From: Enterobacter phage EC151
Sequence record: MW464860.1
DNA length: 60,753 nucleotides
Reading direction: 5' to 3' (one strand)
A program made the translations under genes and the position numbers. A model generated the notes under the pieces. That model was not told the origin of the DNA. It saw only the letters and a program-made list of their open reading frames with translations, and did not search any database. This document shows positions 55,984-60,753 of the stretch, one piece after another (the first letter of the stretch is position 1; each line of letters opens with the position of its first letter).

Positions 55984-56570
55984 TGTTGATTAATCCGTTT
56001 TCACAGAACGTCGCCCAGGCCATGATGGGAAGTCAGGTGAACGTTGTTCTAGCTGTAGAGATCTTGTTTGACAGCGGGCCGACGCGAGTACACAGCGGAA
56101 CAGGTAATGTGGTTATAGAAGGGAACAACTATATCGGCCTGGGTATCCTGGGCCAAGTTGACTCCGTTAAAGAGCAGAACAACACGAGCGCAACTCAGCT
56201 CAACCTGACCTTAGCGGGTCTTGATTCTTCTATGTTAGCCACAGTATTAAATGAGAACTGCGTAGGTCGCAAAGCCTCCATGTTTGTTGGTGTGCTTGAT
56301 GATGATTTTACCCTTACGGATTATGATGTTGTGTTTCGTGGCAAAATCCGAAATACTGCGCTCATAGCAGGCTCCAAAGGCGCGATCAACATTACAGTCT
56401 CCAACATCTTCGAGGAGTGGGCCCGTGCAAAAGCCTGGCGATATACTGATGAATCCCAACGGCAGTTACATGACGACGATCGAATTTTCCGTTATGTGGC
56501 ACAAATGGCTGACTACTCCATATATTGGGGATCTAAAAAGGATGCGCCTCCATTCAGGTATGTACCATGA
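55983..56570 (+). CDS. minor tail protein (gpL-like position)
   Basis: Position; 195 aa. Confidence 0.45.
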   Translation: MLINPFSQNVAQAMMGSQVNVVLAVEILFDSGPTRVHSGTGNVVIEGNNYIGLGILGQVDSVKEQNNTSATQLNLTLAGLDSSMLATVLNENCVGRKASMFVGVLDDDFTLTDYDVVFRGKIRNTALIAGSKGAINITVSNIFEEWARAKAWRYTDESQRQLHDDDRIFRYVAQMADYSIYWGSKKDAPPFRYVP

Positions 56571-56974
56571 AAAAACTAAATTGGCAGAACGATTTTCTTC
56601 AGCTAGTGCAAGACCGACACGATACGGCTTTTGAATGGGGCGCGACTGATTGCGTCCTTTTTGCTGCTGACGCTGTATTAGTTATGACAGACGTAGATCC
56701 AGCAAAGGCTTCTCGCGGTAAGTATAAAACAGAAACAGGCGCAAAGAAACACCTTGCTTCACAGTACGGTGATCTTTACAAAGCATGGGATGGTAAACTG
56801 GAGCGCTTAGAACATGTTAACTTCGTTCAAAACGGTGACGTGGTTGTGTTTGACGGTGCTCTGGGCATTACTAGCGGTATCTATTGGAATGGTGGGGTAT
56901 ATGCTCCTACATTGGAAGGCGTTCGCTACGCCGACGAGCACCATTCGAAAGTCTTAGCGGCCTGGAGGGTCTAA
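56567..56974 (+). CDS. tail assembly protein, NlpC/P60-like (gpK C-terminal-like, lacking the JAB/MPN domain)
   Basis: GATDCVLFAADAV aligns with lambda K GVTDCYTLFRDAY, and GDVVVFDG...GIYWNGG aligns with GDVLLCCFG...AIYCG. Confidence 0.5.
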   Translation: MKKLNWQNDFLQLVQDRHDTAFEWGATDCVLFAADAVLVMTDVDPAKASRGKYKTETGAKKHLASQYGDLYKAWDGKLERLEHVNFVQNGDVVVFDGALGITSGIYWNGGVYAPTLEGVRYADEHHSKVLAAWRV

Positions 56975-56977
56975 GCA

Positions 56978-59900
56978 ATGCCACCAGCAATAATCGTCGC
57001 AGCAGTAGCGATCGGCGCATCGGCAGCAGCCGCGGCGGGTATCATTGCGGCATCCGTTGCCATGGTAATTACTGTGGCTGCTACGGTTGCGGCATCTCTG
57101 CTTATCAAGCCAGCAGTACCTTCAATTGGCGCATATACTTCACAACAGGAGCGAAAACAAACGCTTCGAAGTGCTACAGCGCCCATGGCCTTTATTTACG
57201 GTTGCACAGTCGTATCAGGTCTTCTGTTCTATGCGGAAGAAGAAAAAGGTACGTCAACCAAAGAATGGGTTCATTTGGGTATCGCAATCGCTGGCCACCC
57301 TGTCGATCATGTTGGGCGCATTTGGCTTGGTGACGAACTAATTGGAGACTACGGCGACAAAGCGCAGTTTGAAATTCACAGCGACCGCACAACCGTAGAC
57401 CCATTTATGAAAGCCAACTGTTCATCCTGGAAAGATGACATGATTGGTCGCGGTATTACGTGGGCGCGTATATCTCTCAAGTTTGATGCAGACAAATTCC
57501 CATCGGGTATTCCGAATATTAAATTCGAAGTATTCGGCAAGAAAGTATACGACCCACGCAATGGCACTACAGCATGGAGTGAAAACGCCGCGCTCTGTAT
57601 TCTGGATTATTACCGCTCATATTTGAAAGTGCCAGACACTGACATTAACATGAGCCAGTTTATTCAGGCTGCTAACGTCTGCGATCAGGTTCTTAATGAT
57701 GGCGGCGGAAACCGTAAGCGTTACACCATTAACGGCACTTTCGACGCTTCCGAAACTCAGGCAGGTGTCCTGGACGACTTACATTTAGCTTGCGCGGGTG
57801 AGCCTACGTTTATGGCAGGCCAACACGGCTTGCTGGCTGGTGCTTACTACGGGCCAGCGACTATGGATATTAATCCTGGTCAAATTATTAGCGATGTGAA
57901 GATAATCCCAGAGGCTGCTTACAATGACAAGCTGAACATCGTTACGGGTACTTTCCTGGATAAAGATCAGCAGTATTCTGAGATTGATTATCCTGCGGTT
58001 AAAGTACAGTCATATATCGATGCCGACGGCTCAGAGTTTACATCAGATCTGAAGCTGCGATTTGTTGCGAACGAATTCCAGGCTCAGCAGCTTGCACAAA
58101 TTAAAATCAACCGAACCCGTATTGGTCGTACACTTCAATTCACAATGAACCTAAGCGGTTACCAATACCGTCCGGGCTATTACGTGCGCTTATACTTGCC
58201 GCAGCTTGGCATTAACGGGCAGGAATTCCGCATAACTGAGTGGAGCCTGGCGGCAGACAAAGGCGTTGATATTACGCTGAAGCAGGAAACCGCGGCAGTA
58301 TGGAACGATGCTATCGGGAAACCGATTGAGCGTCCTGATATTACAGACTTCCCGAAAGCCAGTGTAGCACAACCAACCGGACTGACTTACACCGTAACCG
58401 AAATCGGTCAAGTGGTGCAAGGTGTGTTCGCGTGGACCAACATTGGAGACGTTGCTTACAATATTGTGGTTATCCGAAAAGCCGGCGTACCTATCCAGAC
58501 AATTCAAGTACCAGGGCAGTCTGTTAATATTACGGGCCTTGTTCGTGGTACTTACGATCTGGTTGTTATGGCTGTCAACCGTTTTGGCCAGCGTTCAACT
58601 GAAGCACTGTTAACTATCGAAATCCATGCGCCTAGCAAGCCAACAGGTTGCGATATCACTCAACAGTTCTTTGCGGTTAACTTGCGCCCGCGCTCCGCTG
58701 ACTTGTTTACAGTATCCACACAATATGACTTCTGGACAAGTTATGAAACACGTCTACCTAATGCCAATACAGCAACAGTAGAAGCGAACGCGACCCGCCA
58801 CACTATGGGAACGCAAGCAACGTCTATGAACTTGCTTAACGGTCACACCTATTGGTGGTATATCCGCGCAGTTAACGCCTTTGGTACTTCCGAGTTTTTA
58901 GAAGTAGAAGTGTTGTGCTACACAGACATCACCGAGCTTATGCCTCAGATTGATGAAGCATTAGCGGACACAGAAGCCTACAAGAACCTGTTTAAACCGG
59001 TTGAAACGAATATTGCTGCTATCCTGCAAGCCGCGCAAGCTACAGGCAGCAACGTAGATCACCAGTGGAAAGAAAACGGTTCATTCCGTGCGGACGTATT
59101 AACTATCAAGACAACTATCGTTGACAACGAGAAAGCTCTTGCTGAGTTAACGAACCAGGTTATCGCGAAGGGTACAGCGTTAGACGAGCTAACAGGCGAA
59201 GTAATTAATTTGACTTCTACTGTTTCGCAGAAAATGACTTCTATCGTATACTCTAACGGCACAGCTAAAGCCTTGTACACGTTGAACCTGGGTATTAACC
59301 GCGGTGGTGTGCTGTATAGCGCTGGCATGTCAATGAGTATTGAGCCAGTCAACGGCACGTATGTATCGACTGTTCTGTTTGCTGCAAACCGTTTCGGGAT
59401 TTACTCGGGCACAGATGCGGCCAACTATAAACTAGCGTTCGCAGTCTATAACGGGCAAGTATTCATCAATGAAGCCTTCATCCGTGACGCTACCATTACC
59501 AACGCGAAGATTGGTGAATATATCCAGTCTGCTAACTGGAATGGTTCAACTACTGGCTGGCATATCAATAAAAACGGTAACGCATGGTTCAACAACGTAA
59601 CAATTCGCGGAACAGTATACGCCACGAGCGGTATTCTGGACAACGTTACAATCAATGAAAACTGCGTAATCAAAGGTAAACTGACAGCCAACCAGATCGA
59701 AGGTGATATTTATGCTGCTCAGTACGGACTGAAGAGCGGTTATCTTCGCCACGCTATTAATGGAAACAATAACAGCGCCGGACAGTCTCAGATCTTCCGT
59801 ATTACAGGACAACCGTTCGAACGAATGATGACTTCGAACATGTATCTGACTATGAGCTCTTGGCAGCGCCAATATTTCCGTATCTATTTGTCTACCAACG

Positions 59901-60190
59901 GTGGCCCGGCTCAGCTCTTAGCATACTTTGATACAGGTAACGGCGGTTCAACTGTAACGTTTAGCTTCAACAATATCACATTGCCAGCAGCGGGCGCAGG
60001 TGGATATCATAATATCTGGGTTGATGTCCAGGAAAACCGCGGCAACGAAGTAGCGTTAATGGTTAACAACGCTCCAGCCCGACAATACTGGACCTACAAC
60101 GGAATTAAATTTGGTAACCTGGTGTTCTACTATGATGGTGAAATGCAGAGCTACCGTAAAGGTCAAAACTTAGCCGCTTCAATGTTCTAA
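56978..60190 (+). CDS. host specificity / central tail fibre protein (lambda J-like) with a gpI-like hydrophobic N-terminal segment
   Basis: The C-terminal region (ILDNVTINENCVIKGKLTANQIEGDIYAAQ) matches lambda J (LSNVTIAENCTINGTLRAEKIVGDIVKAA). The FN3-like region YWWYIRAVNAFGTSEFLEV matches J YYFYIRSVNTVGKSAFVEA. The N-terminal Ala/Gly-rich hydrophobic stretch resembles the gpI C-terminus. Confidence 0.85.
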   Translation: MPPAIIVAAVAIGASAAAAAGIIAASVAMVITVAATVAASLLIKPAVPSIGAYTSQQERKQTLRSATAPMAFIYGCTVVSGLLFYAEEEKGTSTKEWVHLGIAIAGHPVDHVGRIWLGDELIGDYGDKAQFEIHSDRTTVDPFMKANCSSWKDDMIGRGITWARISLKFDADKFPSGIPNIKFEVFGKKVYDPRNGTTAWSENAALCILDYYRSYLKVPDTDINMSQFIQAANVCDQVLNDGGGNRKRYTINGTFDASETQAGVLDDLHLACAGEPTFMAGQHGLLAGAYYGPATMDINPGQIISDVKIIPEAAYNDKLNIVTGTFLDKDQQYSEIDYPAVKVQSYIDADGSEFTSDLKLRFVANEFQAQQLAQIKINRTRIGRTLQFTMNLSGYQYRPGYYVRLYLPQLGINGQEFRITEWSLAADKGVDITLKQETAAVWNDAIGKPIERPDITDFPKASVAQPTGLTYTVTEIGQVVQGVFAWTNIGDVAYNIVVIRKAGVPIQTIQVPGQSVNITGLVRGTYDLVVMAVNRFGQRSTEALLTIEIHAPSKPTGCDITQQFFAVNLRPRSADLFTVSTQYDFWTSYETRLPNANTATVEANATRHTMGTQATSMNLLNGHTYWWYIRAVNAFGTSEFLEVEVLCYTDITELMPQIDEALADTEAYKNLFKPVETNIAAILQAAQATGSNVDHQWKENGSFRADVLTIKTTIVDNEKALAELTNQVIAKGTALDELTGEVINLTSTVSQKMTSIVYSNGTAKALYTLNLGINRGGVLYSAGMSMSIEPVNGTYVSTVLFAANRFGIYSGTDAANYKLAFAVYNGQVFINEAFIRDATITNAKIGEYIQSANWNGSTTGWHINKNGNAWFNNVTIRGTVYATSGILDNVTINENCVIKGKLTANQIEGDIYAAQYGLKSGYLRHAINGNNNSAGQSQIFRITGQPFERMMTSNMYLTMSSWQRQYFRIYLSTNGGPAQLLAYFDTGNGGSTVTFSFNNITLPAAGAGGYHNIWVDVQENRGNEVALMVNNAPARQYWTYNGIKFGNLVFYYDGEMQSYRKGQNLAASMF

Positions 60191-60201
60191 GGAGAACTAA
60201 A

Positions 60202-60753
60202 ATGCCAGCGGGTACTATCTTACTGACGCAGAACTCTGATGTGGTTAACGGAGCAAACACCGTATTCACCACTGATGTCTCTGCTGGTGACGTTATCTCT
60301 GCTACTGCTAATGGTATTACTTACACCTTAAAAGTGCAAACAGTAACGTCGAACACTGTATTGAAGCTGGAGAAGCCCTATCCGGGCTTCACTACTTCGA
60401 ACCTTGCTTACTACGTGTTACCTCCTACGTTACTGGCGCAAGTTACGGCCCAGTTAGCGTATGACACTCAGTATCTTCTGCGTGGCTACATAACCGATAA
60501 GGATATGTGGATGAAGTTGCTGACTGAGTCGCAGAATGAGGTGACTATTACTGCGCCTGACGGTTCACAGATTACTGGGCCTACCTGGAAATACCTTGTT
60601 GACTTAGTTGAACAAGCGACAAGCGTGGACCCTAACCCACCACCGACTACGCATTTCGGCTTAACTAAAAACAAGACAATGTCTGTAACCACAACAGCCG
60701 CTCTTGACTTAAAGTCTGCGTCTAATTTCTTAATTACGCTTAACTCGCCTAAC
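60202..60753 (+). CDS. side tail fibre protein, N-terminal part (truncated by the window end)
   Basis: The ATG has an AAGGAG RBS. The open frame runs to the end of the window. Confidence 0.5.
   Translation, partial: MPAGTILLTQNSDVVNGANTVFTTDVSAGDVISATANGITYTLKVQTVTSNTVLKLEKPYPGFTTSNLAYYVLPPTLLAQVTAQLAYDTQYLLRGYITDKDMWMKLLTESQNEVTITAPDGSQITGPTWKYLVDLVEQATSVDPNPPPTTHFGLTKNKTMSVTTTAALDLKSASNFLITLNSPN

Noticed and set aside
1-60753. CRISPR array, integrase/attP, rRNA
   Set aside because: No regularly spaced direct repeats with unique spacers were seen. No tyrosine or serine recombinase motifs. No rRNA-like regions.

Overview
This 60.7-kb window looks like a near-complete genome of a lytic, tailed (siphovirus-type) phage of enterobacterial GC content. 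By gene content it resembles the 7-deazaguanine-modifying 9g/CAjan-like E. coli phages; that resemblance is from memory, not from a database search. Layout: (i) 1-5314 (+): the end of a tail-fibre gene, a 1027-aa fibre/spike-like protein and an Ig-like (Big_2) protein, closed by a terminator. (ii) 5423-30861 (-): a long leftward replication, recombination and nucleotide-metabolism block. It holds a family-B DNA polymerase, a DEAH helicase, an archaeo-eukaryotic primase (AEP)-type primase with a P-loop ATPase domain, a Cas4-like nuclease, an SSB-like protein, a Sak4-like ATPase, an ATP-dependent DNA ligase, RNase H, dUTPase, a DprA-like protein and many small ORFs. A full preQ0 / 7-deazaguanine DNA-modification cluster (FolE, QueD, QueC, QueE, DpdA-like transglycosylase) is embedded in it. 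That cluster also carries a NADAR-domain protein, a YhhQ-like membrane protein, several unknown ORFs and a tRNA-Ser(GCU). (iii) 30913-31636: a divergent, AT-rich control region with iteron-like 13-bp repeats. (iv) 31637-40960 (+): small rightward genes with a thrice-repeated 21-bp upstream element, an HslV/proteasome-like Ntn hydrolase, a possible Cys-peptidase, embedded Rz/Rz1 spanins and holin-like proteins. (v) 41040-60753 (+): a morphogenesis module with TerS, TerL, portal, scaffold, major capsid, Ig-like decoration protein, connectors and an Ig-tagged major tail protein. It continues with G/GT chaperones joined by a predicted -1 frameshift, tape measure, minor tail proteins, a K-like NlpC/P60 protein, a J-like central fibre and the start of a side tail fibre. 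No integrase, CRISPR array or rRNA was seen. The most interesting part is the 7-deazaguanine module. DpdA is translationally coupled to a NADAR N-glycosidase, and the cluster holds several unassigned conserved ORFs. An HslV-like protease and paralogous lysine/alanine-rich proteins are also unusual.
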